This document shows, in pieces, positions 30,001 through 37,620 of a DNA stretch of 41,772 bases. The stretch is from a virus (lineage: Duplodnaviria; Caudoviricetes). The notes under the pieces are model-generated. The model was not told where the DNA came from. It did no database searches and worked only from the letters and a program-made list of their open reading frames with translations. The DNA lies in IMG/VR virus record IMGVR_UViG_3300032225_002083, positions 1 to 41,772 of that record. One strand, 5' to 3'. Positions within the stretch are counted from its first letter, which is position 1. Every line of letters starts with the position of its first letter. The position numbers and the translations under genes are program-made.

Positions 30001-30221
30001 TTAGACATTTCTAAGATAGTTTTTTGACTTTTAAGAATTTCTTGAGTGTCGGCTTTAATAGATTTTATACCAGCATCAATCTCTTTAAGATTCTTAGATA
30101 AGTCACCACTTTCTAAAGCGGCGCCGGTAGAACTTGTTGATTGTTTCTTAGCTAAAATATCAGCTATATCTTCAAGAGCTACAGATAAATTATTTAATGC
30201 GTCAAGTAATTTCTTATCCAT
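27048..30221 (-). CDS. Tape-measure-like protein with long hydrophobic helical repeats
   Basis: 1057 aa, Ala/Gly/Leu/Ile-rich. At least four 66-aa repeats (T(A/F)SSW(I/V)LS anchor, 198-nt period), three WAxGxxxAxGAFxP repeats and charged termini. Confidence 0.65.
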   Translation of the reverse strand: MDKKLLDALNNLSVALEDIADILAKKQSTSSTGAALESGDLSKNLKEIDAGIKSIKADTQEILKSQKTILEMSKKSSADKKKTPMEEIGGDKKQESNLKKGLGTILLIAVAVLAIGLAFKLVGKIDFLSVISLGLAIMLISVAFEKVAKLNLSLKQAALASAAMVLMALAVTASSWVLSMIKPIGFMQTVTGILIAGMFYVIANHMENIFIGVAAFDKLRVSPVKLVTSLVAIATAITFSSWILSFIRPMSLGQSVTAILIAGMFAVIGFSFHKIAMGVAAFKLANIKTTDLLLVLVGIAAAITASSWILSYIKPMGFWQAVTGIMISLMFLAISFNLEKIAIGVVAFKKTGVKATDLLLVLVGIAGAITASSWILSFVMPIGIWQFLTALGIVILFAVMSYFMDKLAIGIVLIEKILGKGKVFLIPLVMVAISLAIMLSSHILEKTADIKFVTLLKILALGLILALVTTAFTPAMVILGKVGIKNLLTGGLGIVIMATAIMAASLLLSIGSYKNYPKASWVLGVGLSMIAFIPAVLALGLISMSGVGALALLAGAVAVLGISATISAASHILASGKYTGGPPVWWAMSTALALTTFTAGMVLLGGMIVGSFGLGAIALAAGGEAVLMVAQTIVDTSFVLKKGSYTGGPTKDWAEGISLALGAFSPIYGMLMANNILSLFGGGGVGPDDFAKAIKTISMGIVDAANFFNGPEAKAAFIGGPKKEWAEGVGKAIGAFAPVYQVLADNSGWFSSGVSVEDMAKAIMTISRGIVDAATFFNSPDNTGVFDVSRVPSKEWADGVGGALGAFSPIFNALSKDTGWFTSGEDVIDNMLYGITSISTGIVRSAIILARGERFFKTTIDPNFVKKLSSNIIDYMTLVDKLSKYKTSSIKSLLGMDPVENIANGMVKIAGAYDRLARAIRNFSTALNGMDAVKVNSFTRLTGNLALLSAMDSTMFSNMLRVIESRSGVFANLLKVQGAELGKRPGVNVGGPGGGPVGSQSKKDEQLKDAKGETQLQKLDKIYKVMVEMTGYTKSIDEHLQKPGDKKNEDIGAKGDD
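29091..29720 (-). repeat. 198-nt (66-aa) degenerate tandem repeats within the tape-measure-like gene
   Basis: Anchor ACTTAATATCCAAGAAGAAGCAGTTATTGC at 29091 and 29289, with degenerate copies near 29487 and 29685. Confidence 0.8.
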
Positions 30222-30244
30222 CTATTTAGTGTAATTTTACAATG

Positions 30245-30279
30245 TATATATAAAATAAACAAATACTTCTTAATATATA
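30245..30279. promoter_or_regulatory. Divergent pair of putative late-promoter motifs
   Basis: TTTTATATATA on - (30245-30255) and CTTAATATATA on + (30269-30279). Confidence 0.55.
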
Positions 30280-30302
30280 AAACTATAAAGTAGTATATTT
30301 GA

Positions 30303-30761
30303 ATGAAGAAAATTGAAAGATTTATAAAATATTATTTATTAAACGAATCTGTTAAGGATATGGAATTAAATAAGATAAAGGTTAAAGTTTCTAAGAAGAA
30401 AGCTTTAACTAAAAGAGAACGTGATTTCTTAGAGTTGTACCAAGCTACAAACAAAGAAGATATGAAAGATTATTTATATCTTTCTAAGAATACTACTTTT
30501 TCTAAAATATTAGAATTACTTGAAAGTAAAGTAAAAGTTATTTGCAATTTACATGACAAAAATGGTAAATTTGGTATGGAAATTACTAAAATTGAAAATA
30601 ATTTTGAAGAAGAAACTTGTTTAGTAACTATGGTACACGATGAACATCACAAATTACATGATAAGTTTCTTTATAATTTAATATATAACATTAAGAGAAA
30701 TGAATATTCACTTGAAGAACAAGATGAGTATTTTGAAAAAATAGAATCAAAAAATGATTAA
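30303..30761 (+). CDS. Hypothetical protein with capsid-targeting-like N-terminus and a DUF6576-like helix pair
   Basis: MKKIERFIKYYLLNES followed by ELNKIKVKVSKKKALTKRERDFL. Confidence 0.65.
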   Translation: MKKIERFIKYYLLNESVKDMELNKIKVKVSKKKALTKRERDFLELYQATNKEDMKDYLYLSKNTTFSKILELLESKVKVICNLHDKNGKFGMEITKIENNFEEETCLVTMVHDEHHKLHDKFLYNLIYNIKRNEYSLEEQDEYFEKIESKND

Positions 30762-31029
30762 ATCATTCAATCAGTTTATCAATGAAGAGTTTTCAGGTAC
30801 CGAATTAATAGGCCCTATCGGACCAGCATATGGTGAAACCGGTCTACAAAATAAAACTGTGACCTTTCACGACACAAATGTAATATTATCAGAAATTGAT
30901 AATGGATTCTATACAATAGACGAATATAATAATATGTATAGTGATTATCTAAAACAAGGTGGAAGACCTTTACCCGATGGATTTAATAGAGAAAATTTAG
31001 ATACTGTTATTTCTTTTATGAATGATTAA
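30754..31029 (+). CDS. Small hypothetical protein with capsid-targeting-like N-terminus
   Basis: Starts MIKSFNQFINEE. Confidence 0.7.
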   Translation: MIKSFNQFINEEFSGTELIGPIGPAYGETGLQNKTVTFHDTNVILSEIDNGFYTIDEYNNMYSDYLKQGGRPLPDGFNRENLDTVISFMND

Positions 31030-32435
31030 GAGTTTGCATCAGTAACTACTAATACATCTGAAGAGTTATAATAAGATAATCTAACAAACCCTAAAGAGTT
31101 TGAGAATATATTACAATTATAATTACCATAAACATGACTTGCAGTTGAAAAATCATAACTGGAAACACCAGTCTGTATTATATTCCATTTAAAATTATCA
31201 CCAATTATATTAGAAGAGAAATTATCAACTGTAGTATTTCTTGAAAAGTTATCTCCAATAAAATTCTTACTAAAGTTATAACCAATATTATTATCAAAGA
31301 AGTTATCTCCAATATGATTATTGTAGAAATTATCCAATATTGAATTATTATTACAATTACTTCCAAATATATTATTAGGTAGTATGAATACATTATTGGC
31401 TCCACTCAAATAAACTTGTGAATAGTTTCCAATTTTATTATTAACTGAGCTTGCTATCTGAAATGGATAAACTTCTTTATTACAGTCATCAGCATCACCT
31501 TGACCAAAATAAACTTCTTTATATTGAGTATATTGACTAGTAGCATTTGTAGAATAAAAGTCATAACTTTTACTAGAAAAACTATAATCTTGAGGTGTAA
31601 TTGTTGTACCACTTCCTAAAACAACAGGCATTGGAACACCGCCACTATATAAACCATCAACTGTAGCTACAAAAGAACCATCTGAAATAACATTATGGAC
31701 TTTAAGACCTATATCATAACCTAAATCCGATTTAGAATCTATTATTATAATATCACCAATCATCAATTCTGTTGAAAAAGAAGCACCGTGAGCGGCTACA
31801 GTTCCATTTATACAATCATAATCAGTAATAATACCAGTAAGTTGAACATTTTTAGTATAGTCTTGATATCTTCTAAATCTTATAGATCTATGATCATAAT
31901 CAGTCCTGTTACCAAATTCATCTACTCTTTCGGTTATTCTACCTCTAGCATTATTACCAAATTCTGTTTGATTCCAAGTATAATCATATTTAATTTTATC
32001 AAGTGGAAATCCACTAAAACCAGCAGCAGGTGGTTGATAAGCATCAGGTGATAAGGTATTTTTAGATGTAGCCATTACTAAAATTGGCTGATAAGCCCAA
32101 CCCGAAGGTTTACCTTTACAATCTACAGATATTTTAGGAGTACCGTCACAATAAAAATCCGGTTGATTATAAACAGAGTCAAAATCAGTAATTAAATAAT
32201 AAGATGCCGTAGCAAATCCATTGCTCATGCCCAAGTTATATAAATCAGAATATATAATTTCTGTTACGGGATTATATGTAGTTCCACCGCCAGCACCAAC
32301 AGGTAAAGGATTACCTGAGTCATCCATATAATATAAAAGACCACCATCGTTAAAATTACTAAATAATTTAACATACGTTGCCGCAGGTGCCGTAATCGCT
32401 GAAGTTGGTACTTGTTTTAATAATATATGAGACAT
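31026..32435 (-). CDS. Probable tail fibre/spike-type protein with an Asn-rich beta-helix C-terminus
   Basis: YYLITDF and GRITERVDEFGNRTDYD, with about seven 9-residue NxIGDNFxx repeats. Preceded by TTTAATATATA (32460-32470). Confidence 0.55.
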   Translation of the reverse strand: MSHILLKQVPTSAITAPAATYVKLFSNFNDGGLLYYMDDSGNPLPVGAGGGTTYNPVTEIIYSDLYNLGMSNGFATASYYLITDFDSVYNQPDFYCDGTPKISVDCKGKPSGWAYQPILVMATSKNTLSPDAYQPPAAGFSGFPLDKIKYDYTWNQTEFGNNARGRITERVDEFGNRTDYDHRSIRFRRYQDYTKNVQLTGIITDYDCINGTVAAHGASFSTELMIGDIIIIDSKSDLGYDIGLKVHNVISDGSFVATVDGLYSGGVPMPVVLGSGTTITPQDYSFSSKSYDFYSTNATSQYTQYKEVYFGQGDADDCNKEVYPFQIASSVNNKIGNYSQVYLSGANNVFILPNNIFGSNCNNNSILDNFYNNHIGDNFFDNNIGYNFSKNFIGDNFSRNTTVDNFSSNIIGDNFKWNIIQTGVSSYDFSTASHVYGNYNCNIFSNSLGFVRLSYYNSSDVLVVTDANS

Positions 32436-32472
32436 TTTACTATAATATTTTTATTAACATATATATTAAATG

Positions 32473-33132
32473 TTATGATTCACTTTTAAGAGTAATTGTA
32501 ACAACAGCTGACTTACCACCAAATCTATCTTCTGTAATTTCTTTTTCGACATTAAATTTAGAAAAATCTATACCTCTAAAAAGACCATTCCACTTTCTAT
32601 CTGTATAATCAGAGGATCCAAAACCACCATTACATCTAACGGTGATTTTTAAATTTTTTTTATCTAAATTCTTAGTCATATTATTTGTAAAATCACTCTT
32701 TGAAGCATTAGTTCTTAAATTCATATCATTATACAACTTTTGTATTGTAAATAAATCACCCTCAACTTTAGCCTTTTGTATAAAAGTAACAATTATATGA
32801 TGTCTCCAGTTAGTACCAATAGAAACTTTAGCACTTTCTAAACGATTTTTAAGAGCTATTAACTCATCTAAGAAATCCCAGAATTTCTCATCAATAATTT
32901 GTTCAGTATAACCACCAGCAGGTCCCAATTGAAAAGAGTTTCTAAATTGTATATTCATTGATTTATATCCAGAAAACTCACCATCGGTAATAACTCTTGG
33001 TGTAGTAAAAGAATACTCAATACCTAAGTCAGTAATAGGAATAAGTAACTCATCTAACTCTTCTTTAGTTAAATCAGTTATATCCTCAGTTGATTCATTT
33101 AGATAATTAACAAATTTTTCAAGATATCTCAT
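32473..33132 (-). CDS. Hypothetical protein with capsid-targeting-like N-terminus
   Basis: Starts MRYLEKFVNYLNES. Confidence 0.7.
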   Translation of the reverse strand: MRYLEKFVNYLNESTEDITDLTKEELDELLIPITDLGIEYSFTTPRVITDGEFSGYKSMNIQFRNSFQLGPAGGYTEQIIDEKFWDFLDELIALKNRLESAKVSIGTNWRHHIIVTFIQKAKVEGDLFTIQKLYNDMNLRTNASKSDFTNNMTKNLDKKNLKITVRCNGGFGSSDYTDRKWNGLFRGIDFSKFNVEKEITEDRFGGKSAVVTITLKSES

Positions 33133-33827
33133 TACTTATTCTTTAATTTTCTGTCTAATATTTTAGCAATATGGTCTCCGATAAAAAAGTGAACGTTTTT
33201 AATTGTATCTGTTTCAAATGTTTTAATCTCATCCATAAATTTAAATTGAAACTTATAAGTATCTAACTCTTCCTCATCAACTCTATCTATTTTATGAATT
33301 GACATTTCCATATTGTAGTTATTGTTAATATTAATCTTAAAGTCAAATGTAGTTTTATCACAAGGAGTTGTTTTGAACTTAGGTTCATACTCAACATCAA
33401 AAATTGAATAATCGGTAATGTTGTCTCTTCTCATATAATAGTTTAAGAACATTGCTGGGGCTTCAATAAAGTCAGAAAGAATTTGTAAATCTTCACCAAA
33501 ATTTTTAGATTCAATAATATCTTCTATTTTTTTCTTCATATCAACCACATTTGTAAATTCAATTTTATGGTAGATACAGTTAATATCATATAAATAAATA
33601 AAAGAGTTATCAACTATGTGTCTTTTATCTAAATCTGTTTTAAAGATAAATTTAGTATGTATGATAGACGTATCTTGAGTAGATAAACCATGTATAGAGA
33701 TAACTAATTTATAGAAATCTTCATCTCTTGACATCTCATATACAGATTCAACTGTATTTACTACACCTTCTTCAGCAACAAATACATCTTTGAACACTTG
33801 TTCTATTTCTGATATTTTAATTTCCAT
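33132..33827 (-). CDS. Hypothetical protein
   Basis: 231-aa ORF tightly packed between its neighbours (1-nt overlap downstream, 1-nt gap upstream). Confidence 0.7.
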   Translation of the reverse strand: MEIKISEIEQVFKDVFVAEEGVVNTVESVYEMSRDEDFYKLVISIHGLSTQDTSIIHTKFIFKTDLDKRHIVDNSFIYLYDINCIYHKIEFTNVVDMKKKIEDIIESKNFGEDLQILSDFIEAPAMFLNYYMRRDNITDYSIFDVEYEPKFKTTPCDKTTFDFKININNNYNMEMSIHKIDRVDEEELDTYKFQFKFMDEIKTFETDTIKNVHFFIGDHIAKILDRKLKNK

Positions 33828-33828
33828 A

Positions 33829-34575
33829 TTATTTAAATTGATTATCGTATGATTTTCTTTTAAGATCTATTATTTTACCAACATACCCATTTCTTCTAAG
33901 AAACTTAAATACTAAATTACCCATTGATAACTCACCACCTTCAGAATCTAATCCACTTTTTCTGTAATTTTTAACCTTTTCCCAAACTTTTTGAATTTTT
34001 TCAATAAAGGAATCATATTTATCTTCATCTACTTGTTCTTCCAGTTCATCTACCATCATCATAACTGATTTACCTTTCTCAGCAATCATATCTTCGTCTG
34101 GTTCAAAATCAAACTCTTCAGGCTTAATATTCCATTTATTATTTAATAAAGAAAAAACACCTGTTGATTTATGTGGCTCTGATATATCTTGAATATAAAC
34201 TTCAACCTCATATCCTTTTATTTTAATATCATGTTCTTTATTCCAAACAGACTTAGCACTATCAACATACTTTTTAACTAAATCAATAGCATCATTTACT
34301 TTAGTAAAGTCTATTAATATATGTAAATCATAATCTGAATATTTTTCAGACCAGTTGTAGTTAGCCAAAGAGCCAGTTAAAACTATATCCTCAACATCTA
34401 CCTCTAAACCAGTAGAGGCATAAAAATCTTCAGCGATTTTTAACAAGTCTTCTCTAACTTCATCATCTATCTTAAAGTCATCCCATATTTTAGGATTTAA
34501 TTCATCCTTGACACGAAATGATTTAGATGCTTCCAAATCTTGTTGGTTGAATTCAAAATATTTTACAAGTTTCAT
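33829..34575 (-). CDS. Pol-beta superfamily nucleotidyltransferase
   Basis: hGS motif VLTGSLANYNW, DxD motif SDYDLHILID, and third acidic residue in YEVEVYIQD. Confidence 0.8.
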   Translation of the reverse strand: MKLVKYFEFNQQDLEASKSFRVKDELNPKIWDDFKIDDEVREDLLKIAEDFYASTGLEVDVEDIVLTGSLANYNWSEKYSDYDLHILIDFTKVNDAIDLVKKYVDSAKSVWNKEHDIKIKGYEVEVYIQDISEPHKSTGVFSLLNNKWNIKPEEFDFEPDEDMIAEKGKSVMMMVDELEEQVDEDKYDSFIEKIQKVWEKVKNYRKSGLDSEGGELSMGNLVFKFLRRNGYVGKIIDLKRKSYDNQFK

Positions 34576-34671
34576 ATTGTATATATTAAATTCTATAGGT
34601 ACTTTTTAATTATAGATTATAACTTTATTCTAATTTTTAATATAATCTATAAGAAAAATATAACTATAAAT

Positions 34672-36861
34672 ATGCAAGAAAAAATAAAGATATTGTTTTT
34701 AGCACCACATCTTTCTACAGGTGGTATGCCTTCATTCCTTTTAAAAAGAATACAAGCTTTAATTGATAATGAAGATTTTGAGTTATTCGTAGTAGAATAT
34801 GCTGATATTGGAGGATGGGCTTATGTGGTTCAAAAGAACGAAATCAAAAGAATAATAAAACCTGAAAACTTTACAACATTATACGAAGATAAATCTATTT
34901 TAATGGATATAATCCGTGATAATAAAATAGACATTGTACACGCAGATGAGATTTTAGAAGGATTTGATCATTCAAATAAAATACCAGATGTTATGTTAAA
35001 CGAATTATATGACAACAACAGAACCTGGAAGATGATTGAAACTTGTCATAATGTTTGGTTTAATCCAGCAACATCTAAAAGATTTAATCCTGATGGTTAT
35101 GCCTTTTGTACACCTTGGCATAAATCAAAAACATTTAGTATGATGCCATCATATAGTGAAGTGTTACAGTTTCCTATTGAGAATAAAGTACCAACAGACG
35201 ATGAAAAGCTAGAAGCTAAAATATCATTAGGGATGGATCCTAATAAAAAACATGTTATTAATGTTGGTTTATGGACATCAGGTAAAAATCAAAAAGAAGG
35301 TGTTGAAGTTGCTAAATCTTTAGAAGAATCTAACCCTGAAATACAATTTCATTTTATTGGAAATCAAGCTTCTAATTTTGAAGACTATTGGGGACCTGTT
35401 ATGGAAAATCTACCTTCAAATGTAACTATTTGGGGTGAAAGAGCTGATGTTGATACTTTTATGAAAGCGGCTGATTTGTTTATGTTTAATTCAACTTGGG
35501 AATGTAATCCTTTAGTTTTAAGAGAGGCTACTTCATATGGTTTGAAAATCTTAACTAGAAATCTAGAACAATATATGGATATGTTTACTCCTTATATAAC
35601 AGAAATAAATGGAGATGTAATATCAACTAAATATAAATTATTAGCTCTTCTTTATTCTGATAGAAAATATACAGTAGAAGACCAATTAGATTTGTTCAAA
35701 AATGGTTATGCTAATTTCTATAAAAAGGTTAACAGAATGCCAATAATGGAACAATCTAGATTTATACCTAAACCCATTATCAATCAGAACTTTATATCAA
35801 ATCCATTTATTGAAATAAATGGCTCATCTGAAAGTAAATTCAAAATTGAATTTTATGACGAAATTGGAAAATGTCATTATTCTGAAATTCTACCAATAAA
35901 TCACTGGGTTAAATTAAACCGTGAATATTTCACCAAGTGGACAACAAAAGTTTGGGAAGGTGGATCATTATTCTATGAATACACTTTAGACTTGAAAAAT
36001 AAAAGAGTTTTTATTGTTTTAGAAAGTAGTTCATTAGGTGACACTTTGGCTTGGGTTCCTTTTATTAGAGAATTTAAAGATAAACACGAATGTGAATTAA
36101 TAGTTTCAACATTCATGAATAATCTTTTTAGAGAAACTTATCCAGATATTGAATTTGTAGAACCAGGAAGTGTAGTGAATAATATTTATGCTATGTATAA
36201 ACTAGGTTGGTTTTATAAAGATGGTAAATATGACGAAGCAAGAAATCCAAACGATTTCAAACTACAACCTTTACAAAAAACCGCTTCAGATATTTTAGGA
36301 TTAGAATATAAAGAAACAAAATCTTTATTAAAAATTCCTAATGTTGAAAAGAAAAAGAAAGTTGGAATTGGTATACATTCAACATGTCAGGCTAAATATT
36401 GGAATAATGCAAATGGCTGGCAAGAAGTAGTTGATTATCTAAACTCTCTTGGATATGAAGTTGTTCTTTATTCAAAAGAAAATGATGGGTATATGGGTAA
36501 CTTCCAACCACAAGGTATAACTAAATTTGAAGCTGGTTCAATTGAAAGGCTAATAGAAGAAATGACTTCTTGTGAGTTCTTTGTTGGTTTAGGTTCTGGT
36601 TTAAGTTGGTTATCTTGGACAATTGGTCTTCCAACAGTTCTTATATCAGGGTTTAGCGAAGAATATAGTGAAACAGTATCTAATACATATCGTGTTATAA
36701 ATAAAAATGTTTGTACAGGTTGTTTTAATAGACATAGATTAGATGGTGGTGATTGGAACTGGTGTCCAGATCATAAAAATACTGATAGAATGTTTGAATG
36801 TACTAAACAAATCACTTCTCAAATGGTGATTGAAAAAATAAATCAAGTTATAAATGGATAA
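34672..36861 (+). CDS. GT4-family glycosyltransferase fused to an Aah/TibC-like (BAHT) protein O-heptosyltransferase
   Basis: Likely start ATG 34672. N-half GT-B/GT4: PHLSTGGMP, NVGLWTSGKNQ, ADLFMFNSTWECNPLVLREA. C-half matches recalled TibC/Aah motifs: SLGDTLAW (catalytic Asp), STCQAKYWNNxxGW, GLxSGLSWLxW, LISGFS and the iron finger CTGC...WCPDHKNTDRMFECT. Confidence 0.88.
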   Translation: MQEKIKILFLAPHLSTGGMPSFLLKRIQALIDNEDFELFVVEYADIGGWAYVVQKNEIKRIIKPENFTTLYEDKSILMDIIRDNKIDIVHADEILEGFDHSNKIPDVMLNELYDNNRTWKMIETCHNVWFNPATSKRFNPDGYAFCTPWHKSKTFSMMPSYSEVLQFPIENKVPTDDEKLEAKISLGMDPNKKHVINVGLWTSGKNQKEGVEVAKSLEESNPEIQFHFIGNQASNFEDYWGPVMENLPSNVTIWGERADVDTFMKAADLFMFNSTWECNPLVLREATSYGLKILTRNLEQYMDMFTPYITEINGDVISTKYKLLALLYSDRKYTVEDQLDLFKNGYANFYKKVNRMPIMEQSRFIPKPIINQNFISNPFIEINGSSESKFKIEFYDEIGKCHYSEILPINHWVKLNREYFTKWTTKVWEGGSLFYEYTLDLKNKRVFIVLESSSLGDTLAWVPFIREFKDKHECELIVSTFMNNLFRETYPDIEFVEPGSVVNNIYAMYKLGWFYKDGKYDEARNPNDFKLQPLQKTASDILGLEYKETKSLLKIPNVEKKKKVGIGIHSTCQAKYWNNANGWQEVVDYLNSLGYEVVLYSKENDGYMGNFQPQGITKFEAGSIERLIEEMTSCEFFVGLGSGLSWLSWTIGLPTVLISGFSEEYSETVSNTYRVINKNVCTGCFNRHRLDGGDWNWCPDHKNTDRMFECTKQITSQMVIEKINQVING

Positions 36862-37240
36862 ACCAGTAGTTATAAACGCTCTTCATACAGAAGGATGTTG
36901 TGTTCCAAAAGGATGGGGCAAAGAAGTTATTATAGAAAACAATGAACTTTACTGTGGTAAGTTACTTTGTTTTAATAAAGGTGCTAAGTTTTCAATGCAC
37001 TATCATATGATTAAAGATGAAACTTGGTATGTTGATAAAGGAGAATTCTTATATCGATGGATAGATACTGAAACCGCTGATGTTATAGAACAAAAATTAG
37101 TTGTTGGTGATACTGTAAGACAAAGACCTGGTCAACCTCATCAGTTAGAGGCTTTAACAGATGGTGTTATCTTTGAGGTATCAACAACACATTCAGATTC
37201 AGATTCATATAGAGTATGGAAGGGAGATTCTCAGAAATAA
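36854..37240 (+). CDS. Cupin-fold sugar isomerase (type II phosphomannose isomerase / D-lyxose isomerase-like)
   Basis: VPKGWGKE, FSMHYHMIKDETWYV, PGQPHQL, EVST..SDSDSYR; overlaps both neighbours. Confidence 0.75.
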   Translation: MDKPVVINALHTEGCCVPKGWGKEVIIENNELYCGKLLCFNKGAKFSMHYHMIKDETWYVDKGEFLYRWIDTETADVIEQKLVVGDTVRQRPGQPHQLEALTDGVIFEVSTTHSDSDSYRVWKGDSQK

Positions 37241-37620
37241 AGGTTTGGGTTAATGGAACCTTTGATGTTTTACACATAGGTCATATTAAACTATTAGAAT
37301 TTGCTAATCAGTTTGGTGAAGTACGAGTTGGAATTGACACAGATGAAAGAGTAAAACAATTCAAAGGAGAATTAAGACCTATAAATAATATTAAAGATAG
37401 AATTTATTTTATGAATTCTATTAAATATGTAAATAGTTCTGTTAGTTTTTCAACTGACGAAGAACTTTGTAATAGAATAAAAGAGTGGGAAGCTGATATT
37501 ATTATAGTAGGAAATGACTATAAAGATAAAAAGGTAATAGGTTCTCACTTAGTTAAAGAGGTTATATTCTTTGATAAAATAGATGGTTATTCATCTACAA
37601 AAATTATAGAAAGTAAATGA
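37216..37620 (+). CDS. rfaE2: Heptose-1-phosphate nucleotidyltransferase (HldE/RfaE domain II, HldC-like)
   Basis: NGTFDVLHIGH (HIGH), VGIDTDERVKQFKGELRPIN, GNDY and GYSSTKII; adjacent to the RfaE kinase half. Confidence 0.8.
   Translation: MEGRFSEIKVWVNGTFDVLHIGHIKLLEFANQFGEVRVGIDTDERVKQFKGELRPINNIKDRIYFMNSIKYVNSSVSFSTDEELCNRIKEWEADIIIVGNDYKDKKVIGSHLVKEVIFFDKIDGYSSTKIIESK

Noticed and set aside
34540-34671. N-terminal extension of the glycosyltransferase from TTG 34540
   Set aside because: It overlaps the divergent gene and its promoter motif and is AT-rich intergenic-like sequence. ATG 34672 places the GT-B first strand (KILFLAPH) at the N-terminus.
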